From NCBI RefSeq assembly GCF_009914755.1, contig NC_060946.1: a DNA stretch of 64,000 nucleotides; one strand, given 5' to 3'. The notes under the pieces were generated by a model. That model was not told the origin of the DNA and did not search any database. It saw only the letters and a program-made list of their open reading frames with translations. Shown here piece by piece: positions 33,298-50,362 of this stretch (position 1 is the first letter of the stretch; every line of letters begins with the position of its first letter). The position numbers and the translations under genes are program-made. This DNA is from the human T2T-CHM13v2.0 reference genome, Homo sapiens.

Positions 33298-35445
33298 CTG
33301 CAGGGCCCTCCACCTTCTGTACTCAGGGCCTGTCTGGAGTTTTCCTAATTAGCTCTCACTGTCTCCAGGTGATGTGAGCCAACTGCGTGTGTGTGACGCT
33401 ATTCACAGCACACAGGGCAGAGCTGGTGCTCCCAACCACAGGTGTTCAGGGCACAGAGGCTGCCTTACTTGGCCTGGTTACACATGCAGCTTCTCTATTG
33501 ATTGTCCGTCAAGCGAGCCTGCTCCAGACCCAGCTTCTGGGAGTCCTGAAGGACCCACAATCCCTAGGGTTATCCTGCCCGGCAACCCTAGGTAGTCCCA
33601 CATCCTCCACCCACCAGCACAGGGGACGTTCATGAGCCCCACCCAGGCACAGAGCTGTGGGGAGGGGGCGTCTCGTGGAAGGTGAGCCTGGAGGCAGGGC
33701 CGTGCCCCTGGAGCCATACAGGGGCTCAAAAGGACCTCCTTTCCCCTCCTGGGGACACCAACTGGACTGCGTCCAGCCTGGGCCCTGGGTTCTCAGAGCT
33801 TTTCCCGGGAGAAAGACACCCCAGCCTCCCCTGACAAGCTTGTTCCCAGGACAGCAGCCGGGTTGGACGCCCAGTAAGGGGGCCTTGCCTCCTGCCCTCT
33901 CCATCAAGACAATCATACAGGGAAGAAAGGCTTCAGTGCCAGGGGAAAGTAGGGGGCCTAGGACAGAAGCAGCCCCCGGGGGAGGCAGGGGTCAGCCTCC
34001 AGGAGCTCCCGGTGGGGAAGAGCCTGGCAGAAATGTGAGCAGTGCTCTGGAATGAGTCAACCAGCGACAGCAGGCAAGTGGGGGCACCCTCCAATTGTCC
34101 TGAGAAGGGCCAGTTTCTGAGCCAAGGCTGCAGCAGCCTAAAGTCCCTGCGGCTGCAGCCTCCATCCCACCAGTCACAGCGACCAAGCCTTGTGGGGAAG
34201 ACCTCGCCCTGCTCCCCTCTGGCCAACCGGGGTCTGCACTCTGAGCCTCTCCAGAGTGTCCGGCAGGGCCTGCAGGGCAGGAGGCAGCGCCCACTCCGTG
34301 GGGAGCACAGGTGCCCTTCACCCCTACCCCACCCACAGGGCTCCAGGCAGGACAGGCAGGGCAGGGGTCCGCAGCCCCCCACATGGCCATCCCGGGGCTC
34401 CACGGCATCACATGGAATGTCTCTGAGCAGCTCTGCCCGAGCCTTCCCCTCCAGAGCAGGCCCCGACCCCCAGCCCCAGGCTCACCCCAAGGCCCCCGTC
34501 CTCAGCCAGGGCCCCCATGCACTGCCCCAGGTGTCCCAGCCCTGATGGCTACTCCCCGGGGGTCCCACCGCAGTCCCTGTTTCACCCCTGACCCCTCTGC
34601 TGGGACATCCAGCCAGGGACCACTGGGCCCTGTGCCCTCCCATGGGGTTCAACGTCCCCACCCCATGGCGGCCTTCTGGGGACTCCCGTTGGGATCGTGG
34701 GGGCAGCACCAGTATGGGGCAGGGGACAGAGCCGATTCCCTGCGCAGGTGTGGTTTGGTCCGCGAGGGCTACGGGGTCCTGGGGGAACGGTGGGCGGCAA
34801 CCAGGAGAGCCCGGCAGGGACCCCCCCCATGCCAGGCCCAGTGCGGCCAGGAGGACCCAAGAGGGGTGAATGAATGAATGAACGAATGAATGAATGAGGG
34901 AAGGAAGGGGAGGGGAGGGGAGGCCAGGCCCTGAGGGCAGGGCAGGTCCCACCCCTGTCTCAGGCCCCCCATGAGGCAGATGGGCCCACCCTGCAGGAGC
35001 CCCTCATTCACTGCCCTGGGAGATTCCCAGCCATGTCCTGCCCTGCGGGGCCTCGGGGTCCAGGGAAGAAGTGGCCCCCTCCGGCCCCTCACAGAGGCGC
35101 CCGCTGCACCTGAGGGTCCTCGACCCCACCCCGCCATCCCCCGGACCCCCGCCCTGGGCTCCAGCTTCCTCCCCACCAGCCCCACCAGCCCCGGGAAAGG
35201 CCACGCTGTCTCCTGCCTCCCCGCGGAGGTCTCATGAGCCGCCGCGCCCCGGGCTGCGAAGAAACACCCCAGTCCCCTCCCCCGCGACCCTCCCTGCCTC
35301 CTGGGTACCCTGCAGACCCCACACGGGACCCCCAGGCAGGTGTGACCTCGAAGAGAAGCCACATTTCACCACCTCCTCAGAGACTCAGATGAAGGTCCAC
35401 ACACTAAATGCAGATCTGGAGGAGGCGGAGCAGGGTCACTTCTGA

Positions 35446-35762
<317 letters not shown>

Positions 35763-36458
35763 CAGACTTTTCTTTTCTGTGAATGCTACATGTTTTGGCA
35801 TCTAGCCTGACAGGTAGAATTTACTTGCAAGGACCTCACATTGATCATCAGTCAAGGATCAGGGCTCCAGAAGTAAATCATACAGAAAGTGATCACACCG
35901 TGTCTCAGGCCACACATGGCCCGTGCGTGCCAGTCCCAGGCCACACATGGCCCGTGCACTCCAGGCCCAGGCCAAGCCTGCGGCCGAGTGGGCAGGTGAC
36001 CCTGGGAGGAGCAGAGGAGACGGGAAGGCAGGTGCCCCTCAGCTCCCTCCAGCGCCCACCTGGCTGTGGTTTCTCAGCGGGAACAAGAAGAATGAAGACC
36101 AAACCCTGAGGGGAAGATGTTTCCCAGCCTCTGGGCCAGAAAAGCTGCTCCAGGGAGGAGAGGGGTTGCACATGGTGCCCCACGTCCCCTGTCAGAGGCC
36201 GCTGGCAGGACCACATCCCAGAGCCCCCCCAGAACCCGGGAGGCGCAGGCCTGGAGCCCAGCCAGGCACACACCAGGGCTACTCTGACCCTGGAAAGAGG
36301 TTAGAAACAGCCGCTGTCTGGATTCTCAATGACAAAGGGATGGATGTTGAGGAAGACAGAGGGGGAGTGGGTGTGGGAAGGAGGACACTGAACAGAAAGG
36401 GCCTGGATGCCCACGATAACAAAAGCAAAAGCTGAGGAAACTTCACAGGGGGCAGGGT

Positions 36459-36597
36459 TGGAAAGAGGAGGGGTGGGGTTCAGGCTAGACAGAGGAGGGG
36501 TGTGGTTTAGGCTGGACAGAGGAGGGGGTGGGGTTCAGCCTGGACAGAGGAGGGGTGTGGTTCAGACTGGACAGAGGAGGGGGTGGGGTTCGGGCTT
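36459..36597. repeat. About 27-bp G-rich minisatellite x5 (ggacagaggaggggtg[g/t]ggttcag)
   Basis: Direct periodicity. Confidence 0.88.
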
Positions 36598-36739
36598 GTT
36601 CTGCAAACCCAGCGTGGGTACCTCGGCCTTTCTTATCCCCAGCATGCACTTGGAGCCTGTGCCCCTCACCTGTCGGCGCTCCCAGCTCGGGGGTTTGTGC
36701 CCCTTCCTGGTCCCCTCCCCTTGGGTGTTGCCGGGACCT

Positions 36740-37209
36740 GTTTCTTGCTCCTAAGCCACATCATAGGATCAAAGCGATAGAGTGTCCGTGGCTAAGTGTG
36801 TGTGCACGACCACACCACGCACGATTGTGACCCTGCCTTGCTGGAGCCGCTGTCTCCTTTGCTGCGGGAACACAGCAGCCGTGCTGGGCAACACCACGTA
36901 CCTGGGACCTTCGGTGGCCTCTAGCACCAGAGTGCAGCCTCTGGACAAAAGCCAGTGAGAAAATGAAGCCGTCAGTCCTACAGTTGGAAGGACGGATGGT
37001 TGCCAGCACCCTGAGTGAGCGTGGAGGTGAACTCTGCCCCAGCTCAGCCTCCAGCCCAGCCGCCACCTGATGGCAGCCTGTGGGCCCAGCAGAGGACCCC
37101 ACGAAGTGGCGCCAGACCGCTGGCCACAGAGACTGAGATGACAGATGTGTGTCGTTTTGAGCTGCAAGATTTGTGGTGACCTTGTTACACAAGGACAGAC
37201 GCTAACACA
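36740..37209 (+). mobile_element. MLT1 (F/G/H-like) LTR
   Basis: Ends gttttgagctgcaagatttgtggtgaccttgttacac...ctaacaca. Confidence 0.65.
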
Positions 37210-37390
37210 ACGGGTTCCCACAGCAGGTCTCCAGGGCTCAGGGAGTTCTAATCACGAGACCTCGGGGGGGGTCTTTCGGCTGAGTGCAGAGAATAACGCG
37301 GCTGAAGGTCACGGCCAGACGCCTGAGGACCAGCCACTGACACCCTCAGCATCGAGAGCTGCTGCCGAACTGTGGCCAGGCCCTTTCCTC

Positions 37391-37698
37391 TTTTTTTTTT
37401 TTTTTTTTTTTGAGACAGAGTCTTGCTCTGCCGCCCAGGCCCAGGCTGGAGAACAGTGGCGTAATCTCAGCTCACTGCAACCTCCATCTCCCTGGTTCAA
37501 GCGATTCTCGTACCTTAGCCTCCCAGTAGCTGGGATTACAGACATGCGTCAGCACACCCAGCTAATTTTTGTATCTTTAGTAGAGGTGGGTTTTCACCAT
37601 GTCGGCCAGGCTAATCTCGAACTCCTGGCCTCAAGTGATCCACCTGCCTCAGCCTCCCAAAGTGCTGGGATGACAGGTGTGAGCCACCGCGCCCGGCC
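37391..37698 (-). mobile_element. AluS
   Basis: Full dimer. Confidence 0.9.
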
Positions 37699-38309
37699 AG
37701 CCAAGCCCATTTCTAAGAACGTCCATGGGAAGGAAGGAGGGATGTAGCCAGGGCCAGGACCACCCCAAGAGCAGAGTGATGGGTGCGGGTGGGGAGCAGA
37801 GCTGGAAGGGGCCCAGGGGCCGTGGTTCGTGGACCTCAGGCCCAGGCCAGCCCCCGAACGCTGCAGCTCCTGGCTCTCCAAGCAGCTTCCTAGGGACCAT
37901 CAGTAAAACTGTGACAGCAAACCCACAGTAATGTGATTTAATTAAGAGATAACGACAGTGGAACTGGGAATTGTGCCGGGTAACGGGTCGTCATCGCCTC
38001 GGGAGCAACAACTCGGAACTCAGGATATTAATGCATCACCGTGGCACTGTTTGGGGAGAATTGCCGTGTTTTTCAAATGCCTTCAAACTTCTATTTTCCT
38101 TCCACAGTCTCTGAGTTTGCCCCAGCCCCCCACTGATTAGTTCCAGCTACATCTGCCTTTTCTCATTAAAAGAAAAGCTTGTGCATTTTATTTTCAATTA
38201 ACTTGCAGGAATCTATCAGGAGAAAGTCCAGCTGAACCTCATCATTCACAGTGCAATTTCTCAGAACCGCCAGGGACGGCAGGTGTGATCCAGGGTGGGG
38301 CTGGCCTCC

Positions 38310-38446
38310 CACCTGCTGGGGCACGTGCACTCCAAGGGCTCTCTCGGGCCAGGGCCGCTGCGCTCAGCCTCCTGCACAGACGCACCTGCTGGGGCACGTG
38401 CACCCCAAGGGCTCTCTCGGGCCAGGGCCGCTGCGCTCAGCCTCCT
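38310..38446. repeat. 73-bp tandem duplication
   Basis: cacctgctggggcacgtgcac...ctcagcctcct at 38310 and 38383. Confidence 0.92.
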
Positions 38447-39714
38447 CCACAAAGCAGGGAGTGTGGGGAGAGGCCTCATCACACTTCCCACCTGGCAGCA
38501 GGTGCCTGGACACCTGAATCTCCTCCACTCTGCCCTCCAGTCTTGTCCCCTTGAAGACACATGGGGCAGGGCCAGACGGCTAATGCGTTAGGATATGGGT
38601 TCTGGCCTCTGGCAGCTCTCAGAGCCTGCCTGGCGCTCCCTTGGTGAGAATCTGACCTCTGGGCACCTCTTGACTCCCCTGGCAAGACAGAGTGGCCTGA
38701 GGGAGCCATTGGTCCCAGGGGACACTCGCCAGGACCCTCCCGCAGGCTGTGGATGTGTGTGGCCTGTCCTTGGCTTCCCTGGACCAGACCTGCCCATGGG
38801 CCTCTGGTGTACGTGGGTTCAGTGCATGGCTCCTGGGAGAAGAGTGGCTGTTTAGCCACTGAAACATCACCTTCCTCACAGCTCTTTCCTCTTATAAGTT
38901 TGTGCCTTTCTCCAGGCCCCAGCTGTGCCCAGTGGCAGGGATGAGATGAGATGTTCTGAAGTACTCGTCAAAGGCCCGGAGAAGCATCGCATGGGACAGG
39001 AGGGGAAGGACTCCTGGGGGCACGTCCTGGGCCTCTGCCCGGAGACCCAGTGTCTTCCTGCCAGCATCTGCTGCCAGGCAGCAGCACCTCCTCCAACACC
39101 TCATGCCAAGCATTTAGTGTTTTGTTTGGGAAGTCGCCGGGCACAGCCTGTCTTGCAGGACGCAGGAGAGGACACTGGAAATATCACTCATCATCAGAAC
39201 AACCCTGTTCTCCAGGGCTCAGCCCTCACCTCCACTCCTCAGGGCACGGACAGGTGGGCGGGGCCGGGAGCCTCCGCAGCCCACACCCCTGCGAGGGGTC
39301 TTGCAGGAGGGGAGGCATCTGCGGCAGAGCCCAGCGTCCCCACCGCCGGCATCCCTGCCTGTCTGCAGTTCAGCCTGGCTCCCAGCAGGCCCGGCAGCAT
39401 CTCCTCTGTGAGCTCCCAGCCCCCTGCCACTGCACATCGCAGGGCAGCCTCACCTCCCCATCCCTGGGAGGACAGGGTCCCTGGAGCGGACACGGGAGTG
39501 GGGCCGCCTCACATTTGCTCCCAGAGCAGACCCTCCTGCTTCCCTCCACAGCAGGCCCTCCGCGGGAAGCCCCCTCCCATGCCCTGTCCCCCACACAGCA
39601 ACCCCGACCGCCTTCACCCAACCTGCCCCACCCCCGCTGCAGCCCCTTTCCAGCCCAGCTCCTGCCCCCCACCGACCCTCCTCCTTCTAGAAGCTTCTCC
39701 CCTTGGCATTCAGG

Positions 39715-40537
39715 TGAGGTAAGAGACTGGCAGGACTAGTTTTCTGGTCCCAGCCCCACTGACCCAACCAGGACCTGGTCCAGGCAGGATGAAGTGAAAA
39801 AACCAGCAGAAACCAGCAGACGATGAGAGGCAGATCCCTGGCTGCCCTCACTGCTCATTGGCATCAGACATGCCCACCAGTGCCATGACAGTTTACCAAT
39901 GCCCCATAAGGTGCCACCCCTTTCCATGGCAACGCCCCATAAGGTGCCACCCCTTTCCATGGCAACGCCCCATAAGGTGCCACCCCTTTCCATGGCAACG
40001 ACCCATAAGGTGCCACCCCTTTCCATGGCAACGCCCCATACGGTGCCACCCCTTTCCATGGCAACGCCCCATACGGTGCCACCCCTTTACATGGCAACGC
40101 CCCATACGGTGCCATCCCTTTCCATGGCAATGACCCATATGGTGCCACCCCTTTCCATGGCAACGCCCCATATGGTGCCACCCCTTTCCATGGCAACAAC
40201 CCATAAGGTGCCACCCCTTTTCATGGCAATGACCCAGAGGCTACTGCCCTTTTCCTAGAAAATTCTAAAATGACTTGCCCCTCAATTTGCATTGGCCCAT
40301 CCTTAATTTGCATGTAATTGAAAGTGGGTTCTCATGGGTATAAGTATAGCTGCCAAGCACCCATACACTGTTGGCTGTGGGTGCACTGCCTAGGAGTTAG
40401 CCCTGTCCTCAAGAAGCAGTACCGTTCAATGAAAGACTGCTGTCCAACGCCACTAGCTCACCCTTGAATTCCCCTTGGGGAAGCCAAGAACCCTCCCAGG
40501 CTAAGCCCTAGTTTGGGGTCTTGCCTGTCCAGTAACA
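39715..40537 (+). mobile_element. MER41-family ERV1 solo LTR
   Basis: TG...CA ends; gccatgacagtttac and cccttgaattc...aagccaagaaccctcccaggctaagccc...tttgggg MER41 hallmarks. Confidence 0.8.
39901..40230. repeat. 33-bp minisatellite x10 (gccccataaggtgccacccctttccatggcaac) inside the MER41 LTR
   Basis: Units start at 39901 + 33n, n = 0-9. Confidence 0.96.
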
Positions 40538-40825
40538 GGGGGCCCTCCCTCTGCCACTTCACTGCCCCTTCCTTGTTCCCCCTCCAAGTGCAGTGCCCAG
40601 AACCCAGACACCACCCACTCACGGGACCTTCCCTCTTTCCAGAGAATTCTGAGTCTCGGCCTGGCTGTCCTAACTCCCCTCCCCACAGCTTTTGACTTTC
40701 ACCTCCACTGGGCTGTCCAGCCATGACCCCAGCCCCCGGCCCCTTCCTGTTACAGCTGGAGGGTCCTGACTCCCACGTCCCCCACAGGGGCCCCCAGCAA
40801 AGCACAGCTCCAGACCTGTGGGCCC

Positions 40826-40975
40826 CATGCAGGCACCATGGTTCATACCTGTAATCCCACCACTTTGGGAGGCTGAGGCAGAAGGATTCTCTCGAGCCCA
40901 GGAGTTACAGACCAGCCTGGGCAACACAGCAAAACCTTGTCTCTAAGGAAATAAAAGCAAAAATAAAGAAAATCA
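40826..40975 (+). mobile_element. FLAM Alu monomer
   Basis: Left-monomer Alu with A-tail. Confidence 0.75.
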
Positions 40976-41609
40976 AGATGGTAGCAGCAGAGCAGGTCCT
41001 CCCACGCGTGCTCGCCCAGCATGTGGCTGGAATCCTGCCAGCTCTGCCCCTCTTCCTGCAGGTGAATGATGGGGACCCTGCACAGTGCCCCCCTCCTCAG
41101 AGTTGCCTGCCCTGATGCCCACACAATGACAGCCCCGCCCTCTCCAGCCCCTGCTGTGTCCCTCCACCTTCACCCCACAGTGACTGTGTGCTTCTGTCCG
41201 AGTCCCCATGAACCACAAGCCCGTGGTTGAAGGTCTCTTCCTGTTGCTGAAGCCCCAGTCCCTGGTGTGTCCCCCAGGCTATGGTAGGGGTCCCAGAGCA
41301 TCTGTTGACCACTGTAGTCAGTTCCAATTTCAGACATCAGTGTCCACAGGGGCTTTGGTGCGGATGCCAGTGCTTTGGGCTGGCCTCTTCTACAACTCAC
41401 CTCCAGCCATGTCATGGCCTCAGCTTAAATCCCTTCAGATGCACGACTGACCAGGCCAGCACAGCAGCCCGTCCACCTGTCTGGGTGACCCTCCTGCCCT
41501 GCTGGCCTTTTCTCAGGGCCAGGCTGCAGGTTAAGGCTACAGTGAGCTATGACTGCACCAATGCACTCCAGCCTGGGTGACAGAGCAAGACCCTGTCTCA
41601 AAAAAAAAA

Positions 41610-44499
<2,890 letters not shown>

Positions 44500-44500
<1 letters not shown>

Positions 44501-45965
44501 GAGAGATAATGATGGCTGACAGGCACAGATAGTATGTACCTCCTCCATGGAGAGATCATGATGGCTGACAGGCACAGATAGTATGTACCTCTTCCATGGA
44601 GAGGAACAAAATAGTAAATAGATGTGCACATTTTGAACAGACCATCCCAGAGAGAATGCTAGGATTCACCAGAGATGAAACAGGAAGCACCAGAAGGAAG
44701 TAAGGAGAGGGCTCACGGCAGCTTGCCCAGCCAGGAACTGACAGCCTCCAGGTGGGAGTCTCCTGGACATGCCTAAACATGCCTCGGGCCCGACATATGG
44801 AGCTGCCTGAACATTACACAGAGACGTCACTCCAGAAAAGGGAACCCACAAAGAACCTCACAGGCATTGAAACCTGGAGCAGCCTCAGCTGAGGCCGTTT
44901 TGAGAGCCTCACTACCAGGGATCTAACAACATGGCTGTAGCCACTGCACTGCTCCAAGGAGACAGGGGAGACTGGGCACTACCACACACTCCTGGGAGGT
45001 GCCCTGTCACCTTGCTGTGGTCTGCTGTTGGGACCGATGCATGAGCAGACCACACTCCACACAACTTCTTACCCAAGCTGCTTGCCTAGGAGAAACCCCA
45101 CCCACTCTGGTCTCAGGCCCAAGGCACCAATTGGAGAGTTGAGCACTGAACTGCACCCTGACCTCGGCCTGAGCTTGGGCTGAAACCACTGCAGCTGTTA
45201 CTCAACCAAGAAAAGACAGGGAAACTAGGCTACCTTATGTATGTCTAGGACAAGACCCACTGCCCTGCAATAGGTTGCCGTGAGACTGAGATCCAACCAG
45301 ACCACACTTCCTGCAGCGTCCTGCCCATGCTGTTTGCCTGGGAGGAGCCCCGCCCTCCCTGGTCTCAGGCCCGAGGCACCAATTTTAGAGTTTAACGCAA
45401 AGCTGTGCCCTGCCCTCAGGCCAAGTTTGACTTGACATGGCTGCAGCTGCTGCCCAGTCAAGGAAGGACGGGGAAGCTAGGCTCTCCTACACATACTCAA
45501 GACAAGACCCACTGCCCTGCTATGGGCAGCTGCAGGACTGGGGACTTCCCCTACCCAACCCATCGCAGCTTCCAGCAACAAGAACACAGACTGTTTGGAT
45601 CCCAGTGGGTTGCTTCACCACCACTGCCGCCATCACCCAAACCACAGCAGCTGCCCCGTTGGTAGCGATGGGGTGAATGTGCTTATTTTTAGGCTCTAGA
45701 GCAGCTTACACTGGCTGCAGCGTTGGTGGGTCCTGGGGCTGATTCTTGGGCCTCCAGGTGGCTTGCTTAGAAGCTAGTAGTGGGAGCAGTGGGCCCAGGA
45801 TGTGGTTTAGGTGAGGGTTGAAATATTACCTATTGGGTACAGTGTTCACTGTTCTGGTGATGGGTACACTAAAAGCTCTGACTTCAGCACTATGTCATGT
45901 ATACATGTAAGAAACCTGCACTTGTATCCCCTAAATATATTTAAAACTTTAAAATTTAAAAAAAA
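44500..45965 (+). mobile_element. L1PB/L1M-type 5' region and 3'-end fragment
   Basis: Internally repeated GC-rich L1 5' segment; 3' end catgtaagaaacctgcacttgtatcccctaaa at about 45810-45965. Confidence 0.55.
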
Positions 45966-45973
45966 ATCACCTG

Positions 45974-46266
<293 letters not shown>

Positions 46267-46999
46267 TCATCTGTACCCACACCCCCTCACATTTGTACAC
46301 ACCCACACACAATTTTGTTCTCCCAGGTGAATGATTCAACAGCCAGCCCCAGACTGCGTATGATGTTACCCTCCCATATTTTAGCATGTATCTCTAAAAT
46401 AAAAGGATTCTAAATAAAGATAACCATGATATCGCTAGCAAACCTAACATTTTTATTAAACAATCGTTCCTGTCATCGAATATCTTGTCAATGGTCAAAT
46501 TTCCCCAGTCATCTCATATATTGGATCAAATAGGGATCCAAACATTGTCTACACTTTCCAGTCAAATCTTTAAGGAGATCTCAGTAACTGCCCAAATTTT
46601 ATAAACTCAATTTCACGTTTAACCACAGCTTTATCACTTCAATTTTCTTTTAAAATGTAGATTCTGAATGGCTGGTAGTCTAAGCTTGTCTGGGCCCTGA
46701 AGCTCCCCTTGGTTTCAAGTGTGAAGTGACATCAGCCCACACCTTCAGGTTGAATAAGTCTATCTTACAATCTAGTTAAGAAAAACTAGCTAGGCCTTTT
46801 AAAAATGTTTTTATTCTTTCTTGTCAGGGAGTAGACTTTATATTCTGCCCTCCAGAATATAGAGTTTATTTATGGTAACACTGTTTATGACAACTTCAGA
46901 TGGGAACTAACCCAAATGTCCATCAGAAAGAGCTTGGCTAAACAGACTAGGTTATGTCCAAGCAATGGAAAACCATGCCACATTTAAAAACAGTGAGGT

Positions 47000-47321
<322 letters not shown>

Positions 47322-47394
47322 AAAAACAGTGAGGTCACTCTATCTGTGATAACGTGAAAGTGCCAAGCTATACAGGTGAATAAAAAAATTAAAC

Positions 47395-47890
47395 AGTGTG
47401 GGGAAAAAACAGACTTGTACATAAATCTTCACAGCAGCGCTATTCACAATCCCCAAAGTATAAACAGCCCAAGTGCTCGTACGCTGATGAATGGACAAGC
47501 AAACTGTGGAAGCCCCATGCAACGCAGTGTCGTTCAGCCACGGGGAGACGTGAAGCTCTGACACCTGATACAGCCAACGCGCTGTAAACCATTGCACCAG
47601 GTGTGGGAAGTCAGGTACAAGAGGACCGGTACGGTATGATTCCACTCACAGGAAATGTCCAGAACGGGCAGCTCCACACACTCAAAGCCAATCAGTGTTG
47701 CCAGGGGCTGGGGGAAGAGGAAGGAGGAGGGACTGCTGATGGGAACGGGTGTCCTTTGGAGGTGATTGAAAGATTCCAAAATTGACTGTGATGATGGTTA
47801 CACAGCTCTGAGAATGTACTAAAAACCAGTGAATTGTGTGCCTTAGATGGGTGAATTTTCTCGTGCCAATGATATCTCAGTAAGGCTGGA
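47395..47890 (+). mobile_element. L1MB/MC 3' end
   Basis: cacagcagcgctattcacaat...gatgatggttacacagctctgagaatgtactaaaaacc. Confidence 0.7.
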
Positions 47891-48907
47891 AGGACACAGA
47901 CCTGGTCAGCGAGGAGGGCCTGGGCCTTGCTAAAGTGGGCAGAGTCTGTGGGGTCCATTGGCTCAGCCCCAGCCTCTCTGTGCAGCCCTGGGGCCTGGCT
48001 TCTTCTGCCGCACCCCACAAGCTGCCCCCTCTCCCCAGCCGGGGCCCCAGGCCTGCTCCTCTCTGGGCTGAGCATCACCTTTGCCAGAGGAAGGTCAAAG
48101 CACCTGGACCCCAACACCCCAAGGACCCTTGCAGGCCTCTTCCGGGATCCACTTCTCAGTGAGCGCTGCCGTGCGCACCCCTGGGCCTGAGGGCTGGGCA
48201 TCTCCCAGGTATGCAAGGGGCTCTCCGTGCAGGGCTGTGAGCAACGTGGGGGCAGCCGGCCGCAGTCTCCAGCCCCGGGGCCTGCTGGCATCCCCACCAG
48301 CCCCCAGCCTGGGCACCCCACCCAAGGAACCCGGCTCCCAGAGTCCGGGGCACTGATTAATATTCACACAGGCAGCAGAGAGCTGCTGAACCCTGAACGC
48401 GAGGCAGGGAAGAAAGTTGAAGCATCTGCTATCTATAAATCAAAATGAATTTACTCTTCCTCTAAGGACAGCCGCTGTAATAGGCCGCAGCCAACAGGTC
48501 CCATGGTGTGATTTCTGCGCAGGAAGCCACTGCTCACACCGGGTGTGGAAGCATTTGTAACCCCCAGGGGACCTGCTGCTCCACAGAACCCGACGGAAAG
48601 CTCGAGGAAGGCCGAGCTTCGGGGGTCACAGGCCGGATGCCGGAGCTGCTCCATGGGTGGTGCCCGAGGGAGCCCTGGGAGGAGCCGTCAGCCCAGGCAG
48701 TGGGTGGAGACGGGCTCTGCCTTCTGCCTTCACCAGCTCCGCCCAGCTCCCGGGTCACCCACCACAGCCCCGCCAGAGCAGGCAGACGTGCAGATGCCAA
48801 GGCAGACGTGCAGATGCCAAGCCGCACTTGCTCACTAAACTCACGTCCTCGCTACAACGTAGTTGTCGAGTAAATGCTCTCCATGGATTAAAAATATAAG
48901 CAGAGAT

Positions 48908-49272
<365 letters not shown>

Positions 49273-50009
49273 TTATTCATGAAACCAATGGCTTACCTGC
49301 CAGAAATTCAGTCCCTGGGTTGACACCAAACCCAACTGTTGGCTTTTCCTGCTGAATGGAGGGGCTGGGAGAAGCCGCCTCCAGCTGGCAGCCTCAGACC
49401 TGTGTCTACCTGGCAGGCCCCCACCCAGGTGGGGACAGGCCACCAGGCGGGAGTCACTGGGGCACTGCTGGGGCTCAGGACACTTGCAGGATGAGTGAAG
49501 GAGGAGGAGAGGGAGGAAGACAGAGAGGACCACCTCGGCCACTCTGACCTTGCCTCCTGGCCATGCCTGGGTTCTCAGAGGCAGGAGCTGGGGGGCTGCA
49601 GGGCTGGGGGCCACAACGACTCTCCAGCTGCTGTCACCCTCCCTGGCAATGAACCCCAAAGCCCCCACCTCCCCACCGCGGGTGCCAGACACAGGCCTGG
49701 TGCAGGTTCCACGTTATCCATGTCAGTGTTTCCCACGCAGGGCCAAGAATTACCAGGACCCTGCTATCATGGCCCAGCAGCATCCGTCAGCCACCACTCA
49801 CCTCGTTCTGGCTCCAGCTACTCGTGCCAGGGTGGGGAGAAGCCCGGGAAGCCAGCTCCCCACGAGCCCCTGGCTCAGCCTCACAGCCTGACTGCATCAT
49901 CCGAGCCCTTGGCCCTGGCCTGCCCTGACCCTCCTGTCCCCAGGCCCGTTTCCAACCTCCAGTATCTGCAAACAGAAAAGGACAGTGCCCCGCCCAGGGG
50001 CTTCCCTTA

Positions 50010-50362
50010 CAGCCCCTGCGGGGAGTGAGGCCGCCCCACTGCAGGTGGGCCTGTAGCAGCTGCACCTGAGGCAGGGCTGGCAGCCCCTGTGGGGAGGGAG
50101 GCCGCCCCACTGCAGGTGGGCCTGTAGCAGCTGCACCTGAGGCAGGGCTGGCAGCCCCTGTGGGGAGGGAGGCCGCCCCACTGCAGGTGGGCCTGTAGCA
50201 GCTGCACCTGAGGCAGGGCTGGCGGCTCCTGTGGGGAGTGTGGCCGCCCCACTGCAGGTGGGCCTGTAGCAGCTGCACCTGAGCCCGGGCTGGTGGCCCC
50301 TGTGGGGAGGGAGGCCGCCCCACTGCAGGTGGGCCTGTAGCAGCTGCACCTGAGGCAGGGTT
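50010..50362. repeat. 71-bp GC-rich minisatellite, about 5 copies
   Basis: gccgccccactgcaggtg at 50030, 50101, 50172, 50243 and 50314. Confidence 0.95.

Noticed and set aside
32846-33352. 168-aa ORF with a PAPAPA tract
   Set aside because: Explained by the local duplication and (CCAGCC)n; no splice or homology support.
39858-40258. Repetitive ORFs (GRCHGKGWH..., MATPHKVPPLS...) and a CRISPR-like look
   Set aside because: Translations of a 33-bp VNTR with in-frame period; there are no unique spacers and the DNA is human.
50030-50055. CTCF motif in the 71-bp VNTR unit
   Set aside because: ACTGCAGGTGGGCC is only a weak match to the CTCF core.
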